Source of the DNA: Guillardia theta CCMP2712
Lineage: Eukaryota > Protista > Cryptophyta
Reading direction: 5' to 3'
NCBI RefSeq assembly: GCF_000315625.1
Contig: NW_005434669.1
Span: forward strand, 283,238 to 347,237
DNA length: 64,000 nt
Shown: positions 24,636-36,399 of the stretch, piece by piece
How positions within the stretch are numbered: position 1 is the stretch's first letter
How the letters are laid out: every line of letters starts with the position of its first letter
The notes under the pieces: model-generated
Databases searched by the model: none
What the model saw: only the letters and a program-made list of their open reading frames with translations
What the model was told of the DNA's origin: nothing
Translations under genes and position numbers: made by a program

Positions 24636-26285
24636 TCGCAGAATTATTAACTCACTGTGTCTGTAAGACATAGGACTCTCGTTGTCTTTTCCTATTAAGC
24701 TTTAACGTGACTACTATCGCGCTCTTACTTGCAATCGTCTTACTACCACGCCATGATGATAAGTTACTGCCATGCACCTTGACATCTCACCGTGCCATAT
24801 GAGTTGAGCTTTTTAGTTCGGCTGGAGTCCGGGGCCGCCTTGAAGTCACGTCGACGGTCACTACCGCGCTTCTAGTCACTGAGTCGGGCGTCCCCTCGGC
24901 GAGGGCCTGAGCCTGACCGTACCGGGCCCCGCCCGGCCGGGACTCAGGATCCCGTTGTCCGACCCGGGGCCCGCCAGCGGCAGTGAGCCGGACTAAGCCG
25001 CCGCCGGGCCGGGCCGGGCCGGCGACGCGTGCCACTGTGGCGGGCCTCTGACTGGGGCGTGACTCCCACGGTCCGACGGGTGACGGTCCGTACATTGAAG
25101 CAGCGAGGAGACGCCGCTGACTCAGAAAGGTGAAGAGGAGGAGCGACTCAGGTCAGCTGGCTGTCTGGGCGTTGCCCCTTGGAAGGCAATCTAATTCCGC
25201 GCCTGCCAGTTGCCCCCTGGAATACCCCCCTTTCAACGATAACCCCCTCACACTCCGTTTGGACGGGGGGTTGTGGATGGGAGTTCTATTCTCGGGGAGC
25301 GCGGGGGGATGAGGTCAGCACAGGATACTTAAAAAGTGACTACGGCAAGGGGGGTACTCAGTACCCCACCCACAAAAGGCCTTTCTACACACACTGTGAA
25401 CCCCTACCCCTTTTAGACGGATGACTTGTCTAGAAAGGAACGGGTCATTCCGGTATCTCCATCTTTCAGACCCCTCCTCATCGACACCCCACCCCCCAGA
25501 GATCGAATGGTCGCATCCACGTGTGTGGTGTGTTTAACTCGAACAAGGACATCGACTGACTACCCTACCCACTATCATAAGGCACCCCTTATCTTCAGCA
25601 TAAAATACCCACCCTTTTGTAAATCAATTGACCACCCCCTTCCTTCAGACAAGCAAAAGATCCTTCAGGTCACCGTCACGTTTTACAATTGTTTTATAAA
25701 CCTTTTTTGGGATCCGACCATTGGCGAAGGCAAATTGAAGCGGGGTGGGTAGTATGAAGTACGGGTACTAAAACGGGGAATAAAAGGGGTGTTGGGGGTA
25801 AAGTTGATTAATGCAAGGTAGGTGGGGTAGACGGTTTGTCGATATGTACGATTCGTGTACTGGCTGACCAAGAGACAGTGGGTGGGGTTATGAAGGGAAT
25901 TGAGGGGGTATAATTTGGAGTCTGGAAGGGGTAGGGGTAATTCAGAAAGAGGGGTGATCTGGGGAAGGGTCATGGAGGGGCAGATACGATGTAAGTGGAA
26001 GACCAGTAGAGAGCAGGACGAAGCTGAAGATGAAGGAGGAAAGGAACAGGTGAGCCGATGATATGTTATGTTATGTTATGGTATGTCATGTTATGGTATG
26101 TTGATGTTGATGATAATGATATGATGTGATGATATGACGACAATGACTACAACGATAATGATGTGATGACGATGATATGGTGGTGATGATGAAAGCGGTG
26201 GTGGTAGTGGTGATGTTGATAAGAAGGAGAAGGCAGAAGGGGAAGGAAGAGGGAGGAGAGGAGAGATAATCTTGAAACGACAACC

Positions 26286-27293
26286 ATGGGGTTTGGTGCA
26301 TTTGAGGAATTTTTCGATACCATGTCACCATAATGTCTGTAAATAATGCGCTGACTGTCTTTGTTCAGGTTGATATCTGGTTCAATTGTCGTGTTTACGG
26401 GAATCTGCATTCTCGTCGTACTGGCATTGGTTGTGAATGACGGAAAAGAGGGGGAAACGGAACTATTTGCCAAACTACAAAGAATCCATGAAGTGCAGAA
26501 GACAAAACCTGAAGACATTGTATCATTACATTCAACCTGTATGCTTGCATGCAGATCAAACGAGTGCAAAGAAAAATGCAGACAGATGACAAAAAACGCG
26601 CTGCAGGTTCGAAGCTCTCACCTGATGTGCCTCCTGGAATGCAGTACACAAGGGCAATGCAAGAAAGGATGCGCAACCAAGACTAAAGCTCACATCACAT
26701 GCCTCAAGCAGTGCGACGACGATACCTGCCGCCGCTCTTGCTCCACCGCCGCCATGCGAGCATCTCCCGCTACCTCCATGCTCGCCGACGCTGACCAGCT
26801 CCACCTTACCTGCCTCAGCCAGTGCGCAGACGGAGCATGCAGGAGCCACTGCAACCAGCAGAAGCAGCAGCACCTCTCATGCCTCAAGCAGTGCGACGAC
26901 GATACCTGCCGCCGCTCTTGCTCCACCGCCGCCATGCGAGCATCTCCCGCTACCTCCATGCTCGCCGACGCTGACCAGCTCCACCTTACCTGCCTCAGCC
27001 AGTGCGCAGACGGAGCATGCAGGAGCCACTGCAACCAGCAGAAGCAGCAGCACCTCTCATGCCTCAAGCAGTGCGACGACGATACCTGCCGCCGCTCTTG
27101 CTCCACCGCCGCCATGCGAGCATCTCCCGCTACCTCCATGCTCGCCGACGCTGACCAGCTCCACCTTACCTGCCTCAGCCAGTGCGCAGACGGAGCATGC
27201 AGGAGCCACTGCAACCAGCAGAAGCAGCAGCACCTCTCATGCCTCAAGCAGTGCAATTTTGAAAGAAATTGCTCTTTTCGTTGCTCAGTCTGA
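26286..27293 (+). CDS. Type II anchored/secreted protein built of His-x2-Cx3Cx4Cx3C repeats
   Basis: TM IVVFTGICILVVLALVV, then about 9 four-Cys units (HLTCLSQCADGACRSHC, HLSCLKQCDDDTCRRSC). Start assumes a 45-nt intron at 26324-26368. Confidence 0.75.
26700..27254 (+). repeat. Perfect 180-bp coding tandem repeat x3
   Basis: Sequence starting at 26701, 26881 and 27061 is identical; a partial fourth copy starts at 27241. Confidence 0.97.
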
Positions 27294-27404
27294 AGTGTTT
27301 CAGTTTTGATTGTTTTGCTTCATTTTGATATGGTTGTCTGTATTTTACTCCTTTCTTAGAATGCATTCATTTCAATTGCAAATTTTGCCTCGTCTTGTCT
27401 GTGG

Positions 27405-30169
27405 TCAGTCTGCAATGGAATAGAACAGGTTGAGAAAGCTCTCGTAGCACTTGCCCAGGAGTTTCTCAAACTTTGCTTCATCCTCCATGTAGTCGTCGTG
27501 AGCATCATTCCTGGAGGGGACGACTACATAGAACACTAGCTCCTGTCAGCTTCTTCCCCCACAGACAGAATGTCTCCTCACCCTTGTGGCATTTCTGCTT
27601 GCTGTAGAGAGGCGAGCTGGCATGCAGCTTGACTGCGTACGCGTCGCCCAGCACGCCATGTCCGTGTCCGGCATACTGGGATGACGTGGCCTTTCCTAGG
27701 TAACCCGGGGAGTTGAGGGGACCGCTGGCATCGAAGACAACTCCAGCTCGACCTGCCATGTGCGTTATGCTGGGGGATGCACGAAGGTAGGGGGAGGGAG
27801 GAGGGAGGAGGGAGGAGGGAGGAGGGAGGAGGGAGGAGGGGGAGGGAGGAGGGAGGAGGGAGGAGGGGGAGGAGGAGGGAGGAGGGATGAGTTAGAGGGT
27901 AGGTTGAATATATGATCATCTCCAGATGATGGAGATGATCATAAAGAGGGCTAGACTGAGGTGATGGAAGAGGAAGGGGGATCGGGAGGGAGAGACTCGC
28001 ACTTTACCTCTTGATGGACGTTTGCCTCGCACGAAGAGCTTGTCGGTTTCAACAGCAAGTGACTTGCAGGAAGCGTCGTGCTGACCGAGAGAGACGATGG
28101 CCTGGGGATCTGAGGAGACGATGACGATGAATCTTTCGTCGGAGATGATGCCTGAGGAGCAGGTGAGAAAAGAAGTCAAGGAGAAGAGTTGGAAAGGCGC
28201 CGAGGCAGTGGAGACGAATGAGAAAGTGCACGAGGGAAGGAGGGAGGGGTAGAGGAAAGGAGGAAGGAACGGAGCGGGGGATGGAGGGAGGGAGGGAGAA
28301 GAATGGAGGGAGGAACAATCGCGTTACACTCTTGCTGAAGTGCATCGATCAGGTTCTTGTCGTGGTCGCAGACGAGGTAGAGCTTGATCTTCTTGTCTCC
28401 TGCATGACTCTCGAGGAACCTCTTGATGGACTGCATCGCAACTCTGCCCGACGGCATCAGCAAGTCAGCAGAGGGGCATGGTGAGCGATCCGAGACGAGC
28501 AGCGACTGGAAGGAGGGGTAGTCACCTTGCGGCGAGGAGGGGTTCGCATTTCAGCAGAGGGCAGCAGCATAGGAGGGGGAAGGCAATCGATCTGCAAGAG
28601 GCCGCGCTGGTGTCAGAGAGAGATGCAAGGTCGTAGATGATGTTGAGGGGGAAGGTCTTCTTCTCAATCTTCTCCTCTTTGTCTTCGAGGCCGGCTCTGA
28701 TGTCACTGGATGTTGAACTAGGTTGTGCGTGCTCTCCTGAGGACGAGAGATCCTGGCTGCTCCTGTCTGCTTTTCCCTTTCCTCTCACATCTTGCTCATC
28801 CTCTTTCTCGACAGGACGGTCGGGCCTGGTCGATTGCTCGTGGGAGATCGAGGTTGCTGTCCCTGTGTCGACCTTGCCGTGAGAGAATTTTCTTTCATCG
28901 CCTTGGCTCACATCGATTTTTCTGGAGCTTACAGACTCTCTCGAGCTCACGCACGCATCAATCTTGATCTTCTTTGCTGGTGTTTCTTCGTCTTTCTGAA
29001 CATGATCATTGACTTGGCAGATGCTTCTCTTCGCACTGGTGACTTCCTTCGAGTTCACATGGGTCACCTTCGCTAGAGACTCCGTGTGATCGTTGCGCTC
29101 CTCCACGTTGATGTCATGGGACCTTGCCGCGTCATGAGCTTCCTCTTGCTTCTCCTCTTTCTTGGATTCTTGTGATGGCCTCTCCGTCGCACTGACAGCA
29201 TGCAAGTCAACGAACACGTCTCCAACTCACGGTACTTCACCTCCTCGCTGTCGCTTCCTCCTCCTCCCTCCCTGCATCTCTCTCAACCTTCCGTGCACTT
29301 GGGGCAGCTGCGTTTGTGCTCGCCGGGGGAACGATGCCATGTTTGATCAGCGCTTCATGGTTGGCTGGGTGGCTGAACTCCTGGAAGTGCGTGGGGTTGT
29401 TTCTGTAGCAGCTCGACCCAAATCTGGTCGAGGAAACGATAATCGTCAAGGGGAGAAGAGGAGTTGGGAGGAGAGAGGAGAGGGGTGGGTGGGGAGGAGA
29501 GGAAGGGAGAAACGGAATAGGAGGAATGAGAAGTTACGCGGAAAGAGAGGAAGTGCAGATTTCAGACTTACTGGCATCTGGGCTTGTCCTTGGGCAGGTA
29601 CTCTTCACTAGGAGAGCTTGCGGGAGCATGTGCTGCTCTTGGATGCGAAGAAGGGTGGCTCTCCTGCAAGAAGTGATTCGGATTCATCCGCTTGCAGTCA
29701 AGCCCGTATTTGCACTTGATCAGCCCCGAAGGAATCCACGTAATGCTCCCTCCTGCGTCTGCCCCTGCCCCTCCTGCCCCTCCTGCCCCTCCTGCCCCGG
29801 CACCTGCACCTGTCCTTGTGCTTACTCCTCCTTGATCCTGCGATCCACTCGCCGAGGAGCCTGCAGCGGCCTTCGCCTTGAAATGTGCGTGGAGTGGAGG
29901 GTGAGAGCAGGAGTCGAAGTGCGAAGGATTGTTCCGAACGCACTTGAGTCCGTACTCGCAGGGCGGGGCACCCTGTGGGATCCATTTGGCTGTTGCTGAA
30001 GGGCTCAGGTCCTCATGGTCGGACTCGGACAGCGAGTCTTCTGACTCCTCCTCCGAGTCCTCCACGACGAAATCGTCTTCGCTGTCGTCCTATCTCCCAT
30101 CCGTCAGTTACTTGCCATGTCACCGCAAATCAGGAAGACCTGGGCGGGTCGACGAGATTTCCGTGGCAT
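27405..30169 (-). CDS. Protein with three PBZ (PAR-binding zinc finger) motifs and a C-terminal circularly permuted macrodomain-like region
   Basis: CEYGLKCVRNNPSHFDSCSHP, CKYGLDCKRMNPNHFLQESHP, CQ|FGSSCYRNNPTHFQEFSHP. C-terminal SIAFPLL...IKLYLV...VFDASGP...AYAVKLHASSPLY...VFYVVVP...LLGKCYESFLNLF. Confidence 0.8.
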
Positions 30170-30813
30170 CCTGAAGCAAGATGACCATTCAGATAGACTT
30201 TACAATCGCGTTTGTGTGGTGAATGCAGTCTGAATTTGTTCTCAACACCCTCCACCTACGCTTCTAACAGCTATCGTGTCTTACCTGCCTTGACTGGACT
30301 TGAGAACTGATCCGATCTCAACAAACTCACTCCTGCTCTCCTCTGTTTCTCTACTCCACTCTTCCATCACCGGTCTCTCACCATCCTCAACATGCTAGCC
30401 CACGCACATCCCGGCATTCTATCCGTGCCGCATCCTTCACCGCATTTCTTCAGTGCATTCAGAGTGCATTCTTCAGGCATTCTTCCCTGCATTCTTCCCT
30501 GCATTCTTACCAGATTCGTCCTACCACGGCTCTGGTCTGCCAGATTTCGCGGTTTCAACCTGAATTTGAATTGGCGTGAATGTCCTGAGGGACAGACGGC
30601 ACATGGGAATGGGAGGAAGAGGGAGGAGAAGGAGGAAGGAGAACGAGGGAGGAAAAGGAGGAAGGAGAACGAGGGAGGAGAGAAGGTCAGAAGGAGGGAG
30701 GGAGGGAATTAGAAGGAATGGGGGATGGAAACATGGCGGGTAGTTCGAACCCCTGCGTGGGCCGGGCAGTGAGTTTTTTTAAGATTTGGTTTGCTAACAA
30801 CTGTGTCTTCAGT

Positions 30814-31742
30814 ATGTCGACCACTTCTCTGCATCCTGCTTGTCAAAGCATTCACAGCCATTTCGAGTCTTGCAGTGAAGATATCGCGATGATAACGAGG
30901 ATCCTCGAAGAAGACTTCCAGCGAGAAGGCTCCTACTCCAAGGCGAGTAATTGTTTTCCCCTGCCGTTCCCCTGACACCTTCCCCACAGAACCCTGTGAA
31001 AATTCTCGAGCGCCTGCGTGCCTTGAAGGAGGACCTCCCTAAGGTCCAGGATGAATGGAAGCGCGTCATGCTCGCCAGGCAGAAGCTGCTCGATTCAGCC
31101 AAGCAACAGCAGGGCATGAATCGAGCTCTGAAACAGATGTGCGAGACAGCAGATGTCCCGATTGCCTGCACCGACGCGCAAGATATTTTCTCGAGCTTCT
31201 CCTCGAAGCTAAATGATTGGAGCAAAGACAACATGAAGAGATATGAGAGCATGCGCAACGACCTCGCACTGATCGCCTCCGAAGACCTCGACATGGAAGT
31301 TCTTACCACCATGAGCACTCACCTTGCAGTGGAGGAAATTCCGGCTGACGATGGACTCGGAGGAAAGGGAGGAGGAGGAGGAGGAGGAGGAGATCAGGAG
31401 AACGAGAACCCGAACGCAACGCCGTGCGACGAGGCTCCAGCGGGGGAGGTCAAGAAGCAGAAGCCTACCCATTACATCACAGAGGAAGAGTTCCTGAGCG
31501 TTTCCAACGTTGTCCGGGGAAGGTGCAAGCTAGACGAGTGCAACACACTGCTGGATGTCATCCTAGCTCATTGCCGCAAGACCAAGAGCTCGCATCCGAT
31601 CTCGACCGTTGAGCTTGTCAAGATCGGTGCGAGAGTGACTGGACAGACAGGGGGCAGTCGACTTGCTACCCTCCGAAGCTTGAAGAGGATCGAGATCAGC
31701 AAGGAAGGAGTGCAGCTCAGCTCCAAGTGGTTCCCCCGATAA
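30814..31742 (+). CDS. SKA2: Spindle and kinetochore-associated protein 2 (long form with C-terminal winged-helix-like domain)
   Basis: FESCSEDIAMITRILEEDF...NPVKILERLRALKEDL matches the SKA2 coiled coil. C-terminal ITEEEFLSVSNVVRGRCKLDECN...LATLRSLKRI. Confidence 0.8.
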
Positions 31743-34520
31743 ACATGTCATGGATCCTCGTCCGAGGGCTCGGCTGTGCTCACAGTGTTTCTCACCCCGG
31801 CAGCCTGGCAGGCTCTCTCATCCGACTGAGTGCTAAAATACTTGTGGCGGCGGTTGAACCGTGAACGGCAACTGATCGCGGCACTTACTACTTTGTTGGT
31901 AATTTGTGATTGATAAGCGAGTACAACTTGCTCGACTCGATGAACTGAAACTCCCGGGACGGCCCTGTCACTGGCACTGCCATGATCGGGGGTCGCCCGG
32001 CCCGCCTCGCCGGCGGGCCGGGCCCGGGGACTGAGCCCGGCGCTGCCGGCACGACGGTACGGTATCGCCGGTGACGGGTCCGCCCGCGGCGGCAGCGGCG
32101 GCCCCGCCGGCACCACGGCGTCAGGCGTGCCGTGACACTGTGCACTTACTCGGACTCAGGCAGTGACTCAGCAGTGCTGGAGTAATCGCCGACACTGTGA
32201 CGCCCCCGTGATGAATGCTCCCCGCCGAACTTCGGAAACTTTCGGGTTGATTATGCGCTCCCTCTCAGATTTTCTCACTTTCACTCTGGCCTCCCTCTTC
32301 AGTTCTGTCCTCTTCCTCCTCCTCCTCCTCCTCTACCTCCTCCTCCTGGGCGTGGCGGCGCCACGCCCACTGGCAGGCCCAGCCCGCACCCGGTGACCCG
32401 CCGGGGGCCGGGCCCGCGCTGACTCCCGAGCCCGCGGTCGCGCCGGCTCATCGCTCCCGGAGTCCGGCTGCACTGCGGCGGCGGGCGGCCATGGGGGCCC
32501 GCGCCCGGCCCGCCGGCCGGGCCGCCGCGGCCCCTCCCGGGTCCAAGCCTTGAAGGCTCCGTGGCCACTGCCAGGCTGAAGGCGGCGGCGGCCCGGCGTT
32601 ATCTTTTCTAATCTAGTATCTTTACTAAGTTATACCGTACTCCCCTTGGTCGTTTATAGGTAGCTCATGCAAGTCTTCCCCTACCCGATCTCTTGACCCT
32701 ACCTCACCCCTGTCTTCCCCCAATCTTACCCCACCCCCTCTTTCCTATACCATATACCGGTCAATGTTTCTAGCCCAACAACCCTCTCACACGTGCGGGA
32801 CCCCCCACCCCAAACTATGGCTCGGTACCCCTCCAAAAATTCAGTACCCCTGTTCCTCAGAGAAATAACCCCCAACAAAAGCGTTATCACCCCCTTCCCT
32901 TTATCCACTACCCCTGCTCCAAACACATGCGAGTAGCTCAACTCAAAATCCGCTGGAGGGCAGGGTCGCATCCTGAGCATATGACCAGATCTACAAAATG
33001 GTTGTGGCTGCACGTCCCCTCACCCTCCACCCTAAAGTCAGGCCTCGTTGTACCCCTCCAATATTTGCTCCAATGACAAATCATGACCCCCACCCACATT
33101 TGGTCATTTCCTGTTAACCCAACCCCCACTGGTCATTTGATTGACTACCCCTACTCCCCAACATTACTTCTCTTGACCCCACAAATGACCAGATCGTTTT
33201 CAATATGGTCAACATCGTTACTACCCCCACCCCACTAAATCCTCTTCTACCATCCCCTACCCCATTGAAAACGATGGAAATGCCAATTAACAATAGTTCA
33301 TGCTGCCGAACCCTGTTCCATGAGCACCCCTGATACTTGAACCCCTACCCCCCTGGTGATGTACCCCACCACTCCCCTACAACATCTTCTTGGTACCCCC
33401 CGCCATCTGCTCTGACGGGTTCATTCGATGGAGATTCATTGTGTGAGAAAAACAAAAAATGGTAGGGTGGGTACTGAATGTCGGGAGGGGGTAAGGGGGC
33501 CCTAAGGGTGGGGGAATATCCATTAGTAGTCTCGTGATGAGAGAGAAGGGGAAGATGAATTCCGTTGCAATTGCGCTATCAAGGGTAAAAGGGGTAGAAG
33601 ATAGCCTTTTTACATTATTATCTCACCTATATTATTGCGCATCTTTACCCCCCAGCCTCCTTGATCCACAAGATCCATCAAGAGCGCTGAGAGATGCGGG
33701 GGAGTAGTGGTGCAGGGGGAATAGAAAGTCGCAGGGCGGTAGTGGGTACTAAAGATGCTCTCTTAGAGGGTGGGGGTGGTTTGCAGTGAATCATGTCCCC
33801 ATGAAATTCAGATCTCACCCTACCCCCAAATGCACAAGTAGTGAGTGTGTACCCCTGATGGAAATGCTCACAACAACGGGTAGGGTGATCACCCCCACCT
33901 GAACTGGACATCAGTAACATCCACGGGAGATCAAGGGGGTCCAATTGATTAACCACCCCACCCCCTGTGGTCTCTTATTCCTACCACCCCCTTGCTCGGT
34001 AGAATGATCATGATAAGGGAACGGATCTGCATTTCATGCTCCAGGTGGGTACTTGAGGGTAATTGAAGGGGTAGGGGTACTTCATGTACCCCCTGTAATC
34101 AAGATGTCATCTTCCCCTACATAGCCACACATCCCCCAACTTCAGAATGACCACCCCGACCCCCTGACCCACCGACTCTCACCCCTCCCTAGTCACAGAG
34201 GTAGTATACAACCCTCCTGCATCACTATATTGTACATCACTTAGGGGTAGGGGTGAGTTATCTTTTGTGTTTTTAGCACCCTTTTCACTTGCCCTCCTCT
34301 CGCTCCTCCTTGCACTTTGCTTCTCCTCCCTGCGAGCTTTCTTTTCCTCCTTTCCTCTCCCTTCTGAGATCCACAGCACCGAGAGTTCTCCCCTCGATTG
34401 CAAACTCGCTCTCCTCTCTTCTCCTCCTCCTTTTCTTCTTTCATTTCTTGTCTTGTCATCTGTTGCGGGGATTCTCTCATAAAATAGGGTAGGCTTTTCG
34501 AAACTTCCGCACAAGCGATC

Positions 34521-36359
34521 ATGCCGCTCTCCGAAGAGCAGATTCAGACAAACTGTGACGTACCGGGGTATGCAGATCCACTGAAACTGCAAAGTCCAGT
34601 ATCAGTGCTGCTCTACCTGCTTGGTATCAGCTGGTTGGTGGTCGGAATTCGTTTTCTTAGTGAACGATACTTTGCGAAATCGATTGAAGCCATGATTCGA
34701 ACCTATCACATTCCACAGGGAATTGCAGGAGCAACTCTCATGGCAGCAGGGACGTCTGCACCTGAATTGATCTCATCTCTTATTGGGGTATTCGTGGCCA
34801 AGAAAGTCGACACGGGAGCGGGCACTGTGATTGGCAGTGTTATTTTCAACCAGCTTGTTATCATTGGTGGGATTATCACGGTTTCACCTGGTCGGGTGAG
34901 AGCTGATGATTCTTCAACTCACTGTTTGTAACCAGTTCCGTGCAGCGAGTGGTTGTAAACGGACTCGACATGGTTCGTGACATGGTCTACTATGCCATCA
35001 GCATCGCACTTTTCTGCGCTTTCTTTAACGATGGGAAGGTGAGCATCTCAGAGCCTTGTGTTTAAGCCTGATGGATCGCACAGGTTACCTTAGGAGAAGC
35101 CTGGGGCTTCACAGTAGCCTACATCGCATACGTGGCCATCTGTGGCAACTGGACCATGATCGATGTCTGGATCAAGAAGCGATTCGGCAAGGATTCAACT
35201 CCCATCCCGACAGTGGAGATGAAGGAGGAGGACAAGTACAAGTCAAACACGGCCATGGACTCCTTCTACCCACAGAGTGCCTCGGAATCTGAAAGCGCCA
35301 TGTCCTTCCACTTGGACATGCCTCAGCCTGTCCTCCATCACGCCGCTGTCAGTGGCAAGGCCTTCGGAGCTGAACCTGCTGGCGAGCCTGAGGAGGGCTT
35401 GGCGGTACCTCACATCCAGGGAGCCCCGGTTCCCTTCGGCCACCATGTTCAAGTGCCTCACATTGGGAACTCGCTCACTGCCCAGTACGTCCCCCCTGCC
35501 CACCTTCCGCCGAACCATGCTGCTCTGACCGGGGTTCAGCTCAGCTCCAGACGCCCGCAGGCAGTAGAGAGCTTCTTGTCTGTGGCATCGACCGATGGCG
35601 GCGTCAGTGGCACTGCCCACGAGGAGAGAAATCTCATCAACCGTCGTGAGCTCCACACCAAGTCATGGAATGACGCTGCGTACACCCCCGACGAGCACGA
35701 GGAGCCGATCAGCCCATGGGAGGAGTACGAGATTGTGATGGCTAGCGATTCGCTGATCAGAAAGATCTACTTCTTCATCGAGGTTCCATGGATCGCAGCC
35801 GTCTATCCCATCAACTCTTGGTTCTTCTACAACCACTGGCATGTGACCAACTTCTTCCTGTGCCTGGGCTGGTTCACCCTAGTCTGCATGTTCTTGATGT
35901 TCTGGCTACAGAAGGCAGGCTGCGTGATTGGAATCTCTGCTGGAGTGATGGGAGTGCTGTTCGGAGCTGCAGGAACGTCCCTGCCTGATTGCTTGTGCTC
36001 GTTGTACATGGCCAAGAAGGGTCAGGGTACCATGTCGTTCACCAACGTCTGGGGCTCCAACGTGTTCGACATTCTTTTTGCTCTGGGTATCCCATGGATG
36101 CTCTCGGTGAGACAACTGAAAGTCGACATCTCTTGCCTGTGCTGACTTGTTGCAGATGCACGTGTATGGGGGTACGATCCAGGTGGAGAACTCACAAGGA
36201 TTGTCAATCTGGATGAGCGTTGTTTTCATCCTCTTCTGCGTTCAAGCTTTGATCTCCAAGTTTCACTTCAACATGTGGCATGGGAGTGGGTATCTTGCTA
36301 TTTATGGTCTCTTTATCATCTACAACTTCGTGAACGACAAATACAAATTCGCCAATTAA
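34521..36359 (+). CDS. K+-dependent Na+/Ca2+ exchanger (NCKX/SLC24-like, CaCA superfamily), multi-exon
   Basis: Alpha-1 repeat AGATLMAAGTSAPEL...GTVIGSVIFN; alpha-2 repeat AAGTSLPD...GSNVFDILFALGIPW. Confidence 0.92.
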
Positions 36360-36399
36360 GTTAAACTTAGATAAATTTTTCGTTTCTTCTCCATTTGTT

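Noticed and set aside
26700-27254. 180-bp repeat as centromeric satellite
   Set aside because: In frame within an ORF and only three copies.
32640-34260. Transposon, endogenous virus or telomeric repeat in the long spacer
   Set aside because: No convincing ORF, LTR, TIR or regular telomere unit; only word-level enrichment.
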